From IMG/VR virus record IMGVR_UViG_3300032163_000009, positions 13,736 through 77,735 of that record: a stretch of 64,000 bases of DNA, one strand, 5' to 3'. A model generated the notes under the pieces. The model was not told the DNA's origin, ran no database searches, and was given only the letters and a program-made list of their open reading frames with translations. Origin of the DNA: a virus. Position numbers and translations under genes: made by a program. Positions 30,900 to 39,158 of this stretch are shown here, piece by piece (the first letter of the stretch is position 1; the number at the start of each line of letters is the position of its first letter).

Positions 30900-31246
30900 G
30901 CCGCTGCCTCCGTCTCAACCGTTGCGCCGTTCTCGCCGTCCTCACTGACTTCCACTTTGAACCAACGCCCGGCATAATTCAATTCACACCATTTGAGCAG
31001 CGCGGTCGCCATGACTTCGCAACTCTCGTCGCCGATGAGCGTGGATTGGTAAGTGGCAAACCATTCGATGGCGTGACTTTGCAGCGCGTGGTATTCGACA
31101 TCGCGCTCAGTGTGCGTTTGCTCGAAGTCAAGGCGCACTTTGAAAACGTGCCGATGCGGACTCCGCAGATAAGCGGTATCCAGCGGCGCGTCCGGCCAGC
31201 GATGGAAGCCGATTTGAGAAAAGGTTACGAAGCCGGTGAGTTTCAT
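30896..31246 (-). CDS. QueD-paralog T-fold protein, DpdL-like (putative CDG decarboxylase)
   Basis: LRSPHRHVF fits LxxxHRHxF; SCE and VSEDGENGA. Confidence 0.7.
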   Translation of the reverse strand: MKLTGFVTFSQIGFHRWPDAPLDTAYLRSPHRHVFKVRLDFEQTHTERDVEYHALQSHAIEWFATYQSTLIGDESCEVMATALLKWCELNYAGRWFKVEVSEDGENGATVETEAAA

Positions 31247-31286
31247 AGACTGCTCCTGGTAAGGTTAATCAACGACAAGGGTTGAA

Positions 31287-31997
31287 TCACACGCCGCGTC
31301 GATTGCCGAACAGTTCAATGTGAAAGCGCGGCGTCAAATGATAACCACGCTGCAAGATAGCCGGCAATAGTTCTTGAGCGCGTCGTTGCAAGACTTGTTG
31401 ATCGATGCCTTCCAACATGATGTAGACGTGGGGCAGTGGGATGGCGTGCGCCTTGACCAGCTCATCGACTTCAAGCAAGTCTTGTTCGTTCATCACGACA
31501 AACTTAAACCACGCGATCGGTGAACGCGCAAACCAATCAAGCGTTTCAGGATGGTAGCGCTTCTTGAGTGCATTGCCGCTATTGATCAATTTTGGGCTGA
31601 CGTTGTATTGATCGGCAAAGTAAGGCGTCGGGGGTGTGACGGTGCCAGCCGTTTCGATCTGGACACGCCACTTCAGCACGCGCAGGCGGTCGATCAATTC
31701 TCCGAGGCTGCGCCATTGCAGCATCGGCTCGCCGCCCGTCACAACGAGGGACTTGATTAACGGATTGTGTTGCCCTCTCTCTAATATCCTCTCAAGACAG
31801 TGTTCAACCGACATAGACTTGATCTCGACGTTGGGATCAAACTTTTCCCAATTCCAAGTATACGGGGTGTCGCAAAAAACGCATTTCAAATTGCAGCCCG
31901 CCAATCGAAGGAAGTATACCGGCTCTCCGATCGACACCCCTTCGCCTTGAATCGTTTCGCCGAACACCTCGGAAATCGCCAGCCGCTCATTCGACAT
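31287..31997 (-). CDS. queE: 7-carboxy-7-deazaguanine synthase
   Basis: TIQGEG, FLRLAGCNLKCVFCDT, TGGEP, IETAG, VSPKL. Confidence 0.95.
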   Translation of the reverse strand: MSNERLAISEVFGETIQGEGVSIGEPVYFLRLAGCNLKCVFCDTPYTWNWEKFDPNVEIKSMSVEHCLERILERGQHNPLIKSLVVTGGEPMLQWRSLGELIDRLRVLKWRVQIETAGTVTPPTPYFADQYNVSPKLINSGNALKKRYHPETLDWFARSPIAWFKFVVMNEQDLLEVDELVKAHAIPLPHVYIMLEGIDQQVLQRRAQELLPAILQRGYHLTPRFHIELFGNRRGV

Positions 31998-32469
31998 ACT
32001 GCACCTCGCACACGGCGGAAGTCTTCGGCGTCTCTTTCACTTCAACGCTGGACACCCACACCCCTTGCCCATCTAGCAAGCGGCTGGCAACTTGCTGAAA
32101 AAAGATCGCCAGACATTCAGCAGTAGTGTCGCCTACGTTCAGCAAGGCAACATCTTCAAGCGGCAAGCTATAAGACTTTTGATTGTGTTCAAACAAAACG
32201 AAGCGATCTTCAAACTCTTCCACCAAAGCTGCTGGTAGCAGCGTCCGGTGATCGAGGTGATCGTCCAGCCAATTTTTGAACACGCCGAGATCGGTGTAGT
32301 CTTTGATCCAATTCTGGTTAGTCAATGGGCCGGAGAGCGTGAGGCTGACCAACCAGTTGTGGCCGTGCAAGCGGCCGCACTTGTGATCAGGTGGAACGGT
32401 GAATAAAATATGCGCAGCGGAGAACTCAAATACTTTGGTGATCGTTAGTTTAGTTGAAAGCGCCGGCAT
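31987..32469 (-). CDS. queD: 6-carboxy-tetrahydropterin synthase
   Basis: FSAAH, CGRLHGHN, LDH, TTAE, VKET. Confidence 0.95.
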   Translation of the reverse strand: MPALSTKLTITKVFEFSAAHILFTVPPDHKCGRLHGHNWLVSLTLSGPLTNQNWIKDYTDLGVFKNWLDDHLDHRTLLPAALVEEFEDRFVLFEHNQKSYSLPLEDVALLNVGDTTAECLAIFFQQVASRLLDGQGVWVSSVEVKETPKTSAVCEVQYVE

Positions 32470-32488
32470 CAGTTACTCCTTGCGCGTC

Positions 32489-32518
32489 ATTATGCCACGA
32501 ATGGGCAAGCGCTGTCAA
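32489..32518 (-). promoter_or_regulatory. Promoter of que operon TTGACA-N18-CATAAT
   Basis: Motif directly upstream of AAGGAG RBS of queD. Confidence 0.65.
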
Positions 32519-32524
32519 TTAGCT

Positions 32525-32564
32525 AAAACAAAACGACTCGAACTTCTGCGCAGAGTTCGAATCG
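32525..32564 (-). terminator. Intrinsic terminator
   Basis: CGATTCGAACT/AGTTCGAGTCG stem then TTTTGTTTT. Confidence 0.8.
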
Positions 32565-32682
32565 CTTCGTGTCATCCGTAAGATGGACGTCGCTATTATA
32601 AAATTATGCCGATCGTGCGGCCTCGTCGGCGCGAAGCCGCACACTACAAAACAGCAACTCGATCGGAGGGATCGAAGAACAC
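32525..32682 (-). ncRNA. Putative small RNA with CCUCC (anti-SD) loop
   Basis: Extended -10 TGnTATGAT at 32689-32697, hairpins, terminator 32525-32564, no ORF. Confidence 0.55.
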
Positions 32683-32768
32683 GCTGGCATCATACCACAC
32701 TTTGTCAATGGCCGTCGAAGGGCAGCTCAGTCAAGACATTTAAGAGATCAGTCAACAGGCAGTCCTGT

Positions 32769-33302
32769 CTAAGCATTTGCACCGGCAGTGTTAGGTGGGC
32801 TATATCTGCTCAAAGACAAACTGAGCAGGCAAGATATTACGGCACAAATAAATACTTTGAAAGGTACAGCGTTGGAGAACCTGGCTTTTCTCTCATAATC
32901 AATGCGCTTGTCGAATACCATAATTTCAAACTTATTGGTGGACAGCAATTGAAAGCGAATTTTGCTATCAAATAAACCAGAGTCATTCAGTAGCATGGCA
33001 AACGGTTTTTGGAGTGCATACAATCTTTGAAGTATAGGCTCTCTTAGGCTATATGGCGGATTTGAAATAATCACGTCATATCTTTTTGGCTCATACCGAA
33101 AGAAATCTTGACCTGTTTCAATGTGCGAATTGGTTACGGTGAAACCGTGTGACCTGAACACACTGACAAATTTACTATACTCTTTATCGAAGGGACACCA
33201 GACGATTGAACCGGTTTTTACATATTTCACAAGCGGCTCAATTGCATAAGCCTTTGTGTAGCTTTCATCGTGCCTGTTGAACTTGTATTGACGTGTGGAC
33301 AT
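32769..33302 (-). CDS. Small phage N6-adenine methyltransferase-like protein, probable 3' frameshift
   Basis: IVWCPFD, GQDFF, IISNPPYS; AT-rich relative to flanks. Confidence 0.75.
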   Translation of the reverse strand: MSTRQYKFNRHDESYTKAYAIEPLVKYVKTGSIVWCPFDKEYSKFVSVFRSHGFTVTNSHIETGQDFFRYEPKRYDVIISNPPYSLREPILQRLYALQKPFAMLLNDSGLFDSKIRFQLLSTNKFEIMVFDKRIDYERKARFSNAVPFKVFICAVISCLLSLSLSRYSPPNTAGANA

Positions 33303-33309
33303 GTATCAC

Positions 33310-33375
33310 CTATCTGATATTCGAGTGTGGCGGGCCGATCAATTCTCGCCAATCTGGATAGTCGTTGAATTCCAT
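33310..33375 (-). CDS. 21-aa mini-ORF or gene remnant (MEFNDYPDWRELIGPPHSNIR)
   Basis: GAGGA RBS; stop abuts RBS of methyltransferase. Confidence 0.35.
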   Translation of the reverse strand: MEFNDYPDWRELIGPPHSNIR

Positions 33376-33531
33376 TTTATTTTCCTCACGGCAGAGCAGG
33401 GGGTTTGAATTGAGCATAATCCGGTAGCGTGTGAGTATTGAACTCAATACCCGTTTAGTCTGTTGCTCGTTGGACGTAATTTTCAATATGTTCAAAAGCC
33501 ATTCAAGTGAAAAACATCTCCCCTGCCCTGC

Positions 33532-34137
33532 TCAGCGGTGCTTAATTGTTACCTCGTCTTCTTCATCCAAGAAAACTGTTCGATCGCCGAAAGGCGTGCG
33601 CTGCTCTTTCGCTTTCAGTTGTGCGACAAGGTGTGCAGGCAGAGGACGCGGCGCACGCGGCTGAATGGGTTGCAGCCAGCCGGAGCGCTTAAGCACCAAG
33701 GCCGTGATCACAATGACCGCCCCAGCGACGACGAGCAAGGTAACAATGGGGCCGAGGACTTGCCATGCATCGGGCTTGGCGATCTTCACAAACTCCGGCA
33801 CAGCGATCGGCGCGGCCACTGGCGCAGTGATCGGCTCAGCTACAGGTGCGGCGACTGGCACAGCCACCGGCGCGGCGACCGGCACAGCGACATGACTAAG
33901 CAACGACACAGCGACGAAGCCCAACACCAAGACAGCGATGCCGATCAAGGCGAGGCCGCCGATCGCGCTGCGGCGTTCAGCCCCCTGCCCGCTTGTGTCA
34001 CGCTCTGGCACTGACGCAGTCGCCGTGGCGTGGCCGCCTTGCATGGTGTAATGCTGCGGTCGCCCGACGATACGCGCCACGATGTAAACCGCCCCGACAA
34101 AAATGATCAACGCCCAACCTTCAAGTGTGATGTGCAT
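33532..34137 (-). CDS. Membrane protein (3 TM, PVAA repeats)
   Basis: Hydrophobic segments and Pro/Ala linker. Confidence 0.75.
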   Translation of the reverse strand: MHITLEGWALIIFVGAVYIVARIVGRPQHYTMQGGHATATASVPERDTSGQGAERRSAIGGLALIGIAVLVLGFVAVSLLSHVAVPVAAPVAVPVAAPVAEPITAPVAAPIAVPEFVKIAKPDAWQVLGPIVTLLVVAGAVIVITALVLKRSGWLQPIQPRAPRPLPAHLVAQLKAKEQRTPFGDRTVFLDEEDEVTIKHR

Positions 34138-34236
34138 TTAAGCCCCCTGCTCCATTGTTACCTTTGTTTTCATTGTTTCTGCCTTTGTTCTCTCTTGTAC
34201 TCGAATGTTCTGTATTGTCTCCGAGCACAGACTTTG

Positions 34237-34276
34237 GGCGACCACTCCCCGCGCTTGGGGCAGGGGAGTGGTCGCC
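34237..34276. repeat. Perfect 14-bp inverted repeat
   Basis: GGCGACCACTCCCC/GGGGAGTGGTCGCC just after stop of lipoprotein gene; no U-tract. Confidence 0.7.
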
Positions 34277-34288
34277 GCCTTGAAAAAT

Positions 34289-35485
34289 CTACAACCCGTT
34301 ATCTCGGATGTGGCGGAACAGTTTGATCAAAGTGTCATGCTCGCCGACGAGATGGTTGCCGCCGTCCTCGCCCTGCCCCGGTTGGCTGATCACATAACCG
34401 GCACGCTGCAAAGGCTCAATCCAGTCCGACCATTTCTTGGAAGTATAGTTGGGCAACCAACGGAAGCCTGGGATCGTGTCGGAGTTTTCGGTCCATTGAT
34501 ACGGCAGTTTGTTGCGTTTGCCTTTGGCGCGCATGGCGGCACTGAGCAAGGCAACGACATGCTTGCGTTCAATGAATTTCTTTTGACGCTCTGCGAGTTC
34601 GGCTGGATCATCGGCGTAGAAAGTTTCGCGTCCGAGATTGCGGATCAACACACCGCTGGGCGTTGTCGGCAACGCGCCGGAAAAATTCTGACCTTGATGA
34701 CTAACGACTTCGGCCTTTGGAGTTTCGGCGGCTGAATCCGCAGCCGGTGGTGTAAAGAATTCCTGTGGCTCACTTAGCCTCGAAGTCGGCGCAGCCAGCA
34801 AAAGAATTTCAGCGCCTTGCAACTCGCCCCAGCGGTTGTACCTCAATTTCAACCAGCCGCGATCCTTGTCCCAGAACGTGGTCGTTTTCGTGTTCAAGTG
34901 TCGCAGCAAGATCGCCAGTCCGATGATCGCCGCCAAGACACCCGCTGCCACTAAAAAGCCGATCGCCAATCGCCCGACGCCGTTGTTGTAATTGGATTGA
35001 TCGATCGAGTCGTGCAAGTCTTGCGCGGTCTGCGTCGCTTGCACCATGGTATTGGTTTGCTGGATGAGCGCGGCTTGCTGCGTCGCGCTCAGTGACACTT
35101 GCGACTCGATCGCCAGCGCGGTCGCGGTCGCTTTGACGATGGCCGATTTTTCTTGCAGCGCGATGGCCGTTGCTTGCAGGTTCAAGGCTTGCACCGTTGA
35201 CGTGAAGATCAAGGCTTGGGCTTGCTGCGTCGCCATGATCGAGCGGCCTTGCGCATCGACTTGCGCCTGAACCTGCGCGGTCGCCTCGGCAATCCTCACA
35301 TTCAAAGCTTGCTGCGTCGCGCGCAAATTATCTTGTTGGGAATTGATCGACACCGATTGACCCGCCAGACCGATCGACGGCGGTTCACTTTGATCAGCTG
35401 AACTCACCGCGAAGCAACCGGCCAAAATAAAACTAGACAGTCCGATCGCCGTCAGTGCCAATAATTTTCGGTTAGTCATCATCAC
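34289..35485 (-). CDS. Putative lipoprotein/membrane protein with ATQQA/ATATA repeats
   Basis: Signal peptide with ILAG-C lipobox, Q/A/T-rich stalk, second TM, cytoplasmic domain. Confidence 0.75.
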   Translation of the reverse strand: MMMTNRKLLALTAIGLSSFILAGCFAVSSADQSEPPSIGLAGQSVSINSQQDNLRATQQALNVRIAEATAQVQAQVDAQGRSIMATQQAQALIFTSTVQALNLQATAIALQEKSAIVKATATALAIESQVSLSATQQAALIQQTNTMVQATQTAQDLHDSIDQSNYNNGVGRLAIGFLVAAGVLAAIIGLAILLRHLNTKTTTFWDKDRGWLKLRYNRWGELQGAEILLLAAPTSRLSEPQEFFTPPAADSAAETPKAEVVSHQGQNFSGALPTTPSGVLIRNLGRETFYADDPAELAERQKKFIERKHVVALLSAAMRAKGKRNKLPYQWTENSDTIPGFRWLPNYTSKKWSDWIEPLQRAGYVISQPGQGEDGGNHLVGEHDTLIKLFRHIRDNGL

Positions 35486-35903
35486 TCTCCGTCGCCCGTC
35501 GTTCGTTCAAGATCATTTCCAATTGGGTAGCTGCTTCATCAATGCTCGTCCGATCAACGCTCGGCAAGAAATCGATCGTCGGTTGCGGCCATTCAATTTT
35601 CTCCGGCGTGTAATTCGGGCGGCTGCTTTGAACTCGATGCAAAAACATTCGAGCGCCTTCATCACTGAATCCCATTTGTGTTTTGTGTTTCATGATCAAG
35701 CGGTCGAGCCATTGGCGCTGGCGGGGCGTGATACGATCCGACTTCGCCAACTGCTGAACAAATTTATCGGCCTGATTGAACGCGCCAAATTTGCAGCGAC
35801 TCAATTTCTTGATCGCCTCGCGCTCCGCGTCTGTCTGATCAAACCACACCACCGGCACTTTGGTTGTCATTCGCTGTCCCCTCACCTGCTTCATTTGCTT
35901 CAT
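35472..35903 (-). CDS. Hypothetical protein
   Basis: Overlapping operon structure; start may be 35870. Confidence 0.65.
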   Translation of the reverse strand: MKQMKQVRGQRMTTKVPVVWFDQTDAEREAIKKLSRCKFGAFNQADKFVQQLAKSDRITPRQRQWLDRLIMKHKTQMGFSDEGARMFLHRVQSSRPNYTPEKIEWPQPTIDFLPSVDRTSIDEAATQLEMILNERRATESDDD

Positions 35904-36153
35904 CTATTTCTTGCCACCGCGCAGGTGGCACATATTGACTGCCCACAATTTTCAATTCATACCAAGTGCGCCCGACGATCACCAGTCCCTCTTTCGCCAA
36001 GGCGTTCAAAATATATTTCAAGTGACTGGCTGACGACACCTTGAACCGTTTGATCACCTCAGCCCGATCAGGCAACGCGCCTTGATGATCGATCAAGTAT
36101 TGAACAAGGTAACGGTAGAGGGCGTGATAGTTTTTCTTGCGTGTGCCTGACAT
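35839..36153 (-). CDS. LexA-like winged-helix regulator (no protease domain)
   Basis: LYRYLVQY..HQGALPDRAEV..SSASHLKYILNALAKEGLV. Confidence 0.75.
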   Translation of the reverse strand: MSGTRKKNYHALYRYLVQYLIDHQGALPDRAEVIKRFKVSSASHLKYILNALAKEGLVIVGRTWYELKIVGSQYVPPARWQEIDEANEAGEGTANDNQSAGGVV

Positions 36154-36159
36154 GCCGGT

Positions 36160-36188
36160 ATCTTAGTTCATAACGCCTAAAATGTCCA
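36160..36188 (-). promoter_or_regulatory. Promoter TGGACA-N17-TAAGAT, probably leaderless transcript
   Basis: -10 ends 6 nt before ATG at 36153; no SD. Confidence 0.55.
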
Positions 36189-36570
36189 GTGGCAATTTTA
36201 AGCCGTGCGGTAGACACCGCAGCGATGCATTGGCGCAGCGCGGCAAAGAATAACGGCAACGCCTACGGTTGAATTTCAACGCGGCTGGACTAAAATGATG
36301 TGGACTATGTGTTCGCATGTGCGACGCGCTGCTGTGTGCTTTTAGCACTGCAAACAATATACCCAAACTGCGCAGCGCGTCCTACCCGTTTTGGGGCGAT
36401 TTTGGTCCCGCCGTCCAGCCCCTAAACTGCCCGCAGGACGCTTGAGAACCCAAAAGAGCGCCCCTACAGCCCTATCTATATGTAGGAACAGCCCCAAATA
36501 AGCGCTGCGCAACGCTGCAAACAACCCCCAAAACTGACATTGTAGACCCCTCTTTTTGCCCAGTTGATAG

Positions 36571-36599
36571 TTGACATTTACTGTATAAACGTTTATACT
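36571..36599 (+). promoter_or_regulatory. Main rightward promoter TTGACA-N17-TATACT with overlapping 16-bp palindrome
   Basis: GTATAAACGTTTATAC at 36583-36598. Confidence 0.8.
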
Positions 36600-36605
36600 G
36601 TTTTT

Positions 36606-37375
36606 GCAACAAGCAATTGCAACGCGCAGATGGATAGCAAGACACACAACGGTTTGGGAACGTAAAAGGAATTTCTGCACAGGTTTCCCACCCGATCTAG
36701 GCGCGCAAAAAACAAAATGGAACGGTACTGCGTTTAAGAGTTTGTGTGTTGCGCAGTGCAGCAGGTTGAGGAATGTTTGTGAAGTGCAGATGGCGGTCGT
36801 TTTTTCGGGCAGCGCGCCAGCAAGTGCAAAGTAACAAAAAACATTCAACCTAAAGCACAGCGCGTAGAACGCTAAACAAACCACAGGCCACATTTTGAAA
36901 TAGCAGTTGTGCAAATAGTGTGAGGAGTTGTTAGCATGTGCGAACGGGCTAACATGCGCAGCAGAAAATAATAGCTGCGCAGGATCGCTACACTTGGGGA
37001 TGAACACGCTCCAGAAAATTGAGAACTGTTTGTGGACTGGGCTACATGCGCAGCAAACAAACTGAACAGCAAATTGTTCGTAACCTCTCAAATCCATTTA
37101 GTCCACTCACTGCCGCACTTGTAGAAAGTTTACAAGGCGACAAACAAAACACCTACATCCGGCCAGACCGGTGACATACTTTGCAAATCGTTTGGACTAG
37201 AAAATTGTTAGGCGCTGCGGACTGCGAGCAGGTTTGCACACGTTGCAAAATAACTCCGCTGGACAGCTTCAACGTCCGTAACCCGCAGCGCCTAACCCAA
37301 CGATTGAAAATAAATTTTGCAGCCCGTTCGACGCGCTGCAAAATTTGCGTTCAACCAAATCCAAAACGCAGAACA
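36606..37375 (+). ncRNA. Putative large structured RNA / long 5' leader
   Basis: No credible ORF; several long stems, e.g. 37207-37220/37283-37296 (14 bp) and 37312-37323/37335-37346 (12 bp). Confidence 0.55.
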
Positions 37376-37389
37376 CAGGAGAACAAAAA

Positions 37390-38076
37390 ATGGCACTGCA
37401 ATCGAAACAAAGCGTGGTAAAGGAAATTACGAAATTGGAATTGAAACTGCGCGGCAAGTTTTTTCAAGAGCGAGGCCGGACGTGGTTTAGCAGCAAGTTG
37501 ACTCGCAAGCAACGCGCTGACATTGAATGGCGGGTCGCAGTGCATCATCGTTGGTTCGAGATGCACTTGACCGCAGCCGAATACAAAAAACTGAAAGCAG
37601 AGTACGGCTGTGAACGCAAAGGCTGCTATGTGTTCGTCACCGCGCAGTTAGAAACAGTGCGCGTGACGATCCCGGCGGCTAAGTTCAGCGGCAAACAAAC
37701 GCGCGAAAATTTCCAAATCGATTTTATCGAACGCGACTACATGGCAAAGCAAGTGCAACGCACAAGGAGCAATGACATGCACAACAAGGTAATTAAAACC
37801 GATCTTAAGACTTTTGAGCGCGACCGAGAAACTGCACTGAAAGAATTTTGCGTTTGGCACAATTTGAAAATTGTCAAACGCTATACGACGCGCACCGAAT
37901 ACGCCGTCCCCAAAGGCAACTTACTGCGCGGCGGCGACACAAACGATCGCGTGCTGATGGCATGTGGTTGCCGATTGCGCTACGAATATTTGAAAGGTTG
38001 GCGGTTTGCAGATAAACACGCAGCCCGACATGAAACAAACTGCGCTGACAATGAATTCAACGGTTACGTTTGGTAA
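37390..38076 (+). CDS. Hypothetical early protein
   Basis: AGGAG RBS, ATG 37390. Confidence 0.75.
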   Translation: MALQSKQSVVKEITKLELKLRGKFFQERGRTWFSSKLTRKQRADIEWRVAVHHRWFEMHLTAAEYKKLKAEYGCERKGCYVFVTAQLETVRVTIPAAKFSGKQTRENFQIDFIERDYMAKQVQRTRSNDMHNKVIKTDLKTFERDRETALKEFCVWHNLKIVKRYTTRTEYAVPKGNLLRGGDTNDRVLMACGCRLRYEYLKGWRFADKHAARHETNCADNEFNGYVW

Positions 38077-38105
38077 CCACTCAATCACCTCAAGGAGAAA
38101 ATAAA

Positions 38106-38678
38106 ATGTCCGACAAAAATTTGAATCAACTATTGAAGAAGGCCGACGAAGCCCGCAGTCAAGTGAACTACTTTACAGACGCCCAGTTAGCTTACCGGTT
38201 AATCGCCCGACGCGGCTCCAAAGGTTTTGTGCGCAGCGCGAAAGAAGGTCAAGTGTACGACCAGATGGCGTGCGTGGCAGTGCAATTGAAGAAGGATGTG
38301 CTTGCCGGTGACACCACACACATTTCATTGAGCATCGGAGCAGCCAAAGAACTGCGCAGCCAATTGAACACCGCGATCGAGCAGTATGAATTTGCAACGC
38401 GACAAGATGACATTGAAACGCGAGCACGCGAGGACGCCAAGGCGGGCTTGAAGCCGCTGATGATTTGGACGGCGATTGTGGAATGGCGACTGTGCGGCAG
38501 CAACACTGTAGGCGGCAAAGAAGTGATCGAGCGCGAAGAAGTAGATTTGCAAATCCGCAGCGACGATCGAACGATTGCGCGTGAGGCAATGAAAGAGGAA
38601 CTGTCGCGCAATTACCGCGAGGGCGGCAAAATTATTTCGATGGGCAAGCGCGGCAACCTGTCCGTTTATCAACTGTAA
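38106..38678 (+). CDS. Hypothetical early protein
   Basis: AAGGAG RBS. Confidence 0.75.
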   Translation: MSDKNLNQLLKKADEARSQVNYFTDAQLAYRLIARRGSKGFVRSAKEGQVYDQMACVAVQLKKDVLAGDTTHISLSIGAAKELRSQLNTAIEQYEFATRQDDIETRAREDAKAGLKPLMIWTAIVEWRLCGSNTVGGKEVIEREEVDLQIRSDDRTIAREAMKEELSRNYREGGKIISMGKRGNLSVYQL

Positions 38679-38688
38679 AAGATTCGAA

Positions 38689-38817
38689 CGCGCTGCGCAG
38701 TGCAACGCCCTCACCCACCGGCGAGGAGGCAAGACTTAGGCACTGCGCAGCGCGGGTTATTGTTTTGCCCGCGTGTGCGTTGGCAACGACGCATAGGCGG
38801 GCAAGCCGGTAACGGTT
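38689..38817 (+). ncRNA. Intergenic structured RNA element (three hairpins, GNRA loops)
   Basis: 15-bp perfect stem 38689-38703/38740-38754; GCAA- and GTAA-capped hairpins. Confidence 0.6.
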
Positions 38818-38846
38818 TGACTACATTTTGATCGGAGAAAAATAAA

Positions 38847-39125
38847 ATGGCACACCTTGAAAATGAAATCGCTCCACTATCATCTAGCGTAAAAAAGGAA
38901 ATCAGAAACAAACTCGACGGGCTGGCAGACAAAGTTACTTTCCACCGCGACGGCAGTATCGAGATTCGCTTCGGCTTCTTTTATCGTCACGGCATGACGA
39001 CCGAGACTTGCAAGAAAAATGTATTGGCCGTCGTGCCCGATGCAAAATTTGTCGAAGATGAATGCTTTGAGAATTGGCAGCCGTGGCCGCGTGACTCTTA
39101 CTTCAAGATCACCTTCAAGATTTAA
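38847..39125 (+). CDS. Hypothetical protein
   Basis: ATCGGAG RBS. Confidence 0.75.
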   Translation: MAHLENEIAPLSSSVKKEIRNKLDGLADKVTFHRDGSIEIRFGFFYRHGMTTETCKKNVLAVVPDAKFVEDECFENWQPWPRDSYFKITFKI

Positions 39126-39158
39126 GATCAATTCCAAATTTCAATCGGAGGCAGTGAC

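Noticed and set aside
29922-30977. 351-aa plus-strand ORF and many other long antisense ORFs
   Set aside because: Shadows of motif-bearing genes on the opposite strand in GC-rich DNA; no RBS or motifs
32740-32796. ACCTAAC right after the AT-rich methyltransferase (minus strand) as an attC remnant
   Set aside because: No matching L'/R' half; the upstream GATAGGTG match coincides with the RBS
36342-37097. 251-aa minus-strand ORF in the divergent region
   Set aside because: Cys/Phe-rich improbable composition, no RBS, crosses the main promoter
37207-37360. GTTAGGC...GCCTAAC followed by a hairpin, resembling a cassette end and attC
   Set aside because: No closing GTT R' box after the hairpin and no ORF between the boxes; better explained as RNA stems
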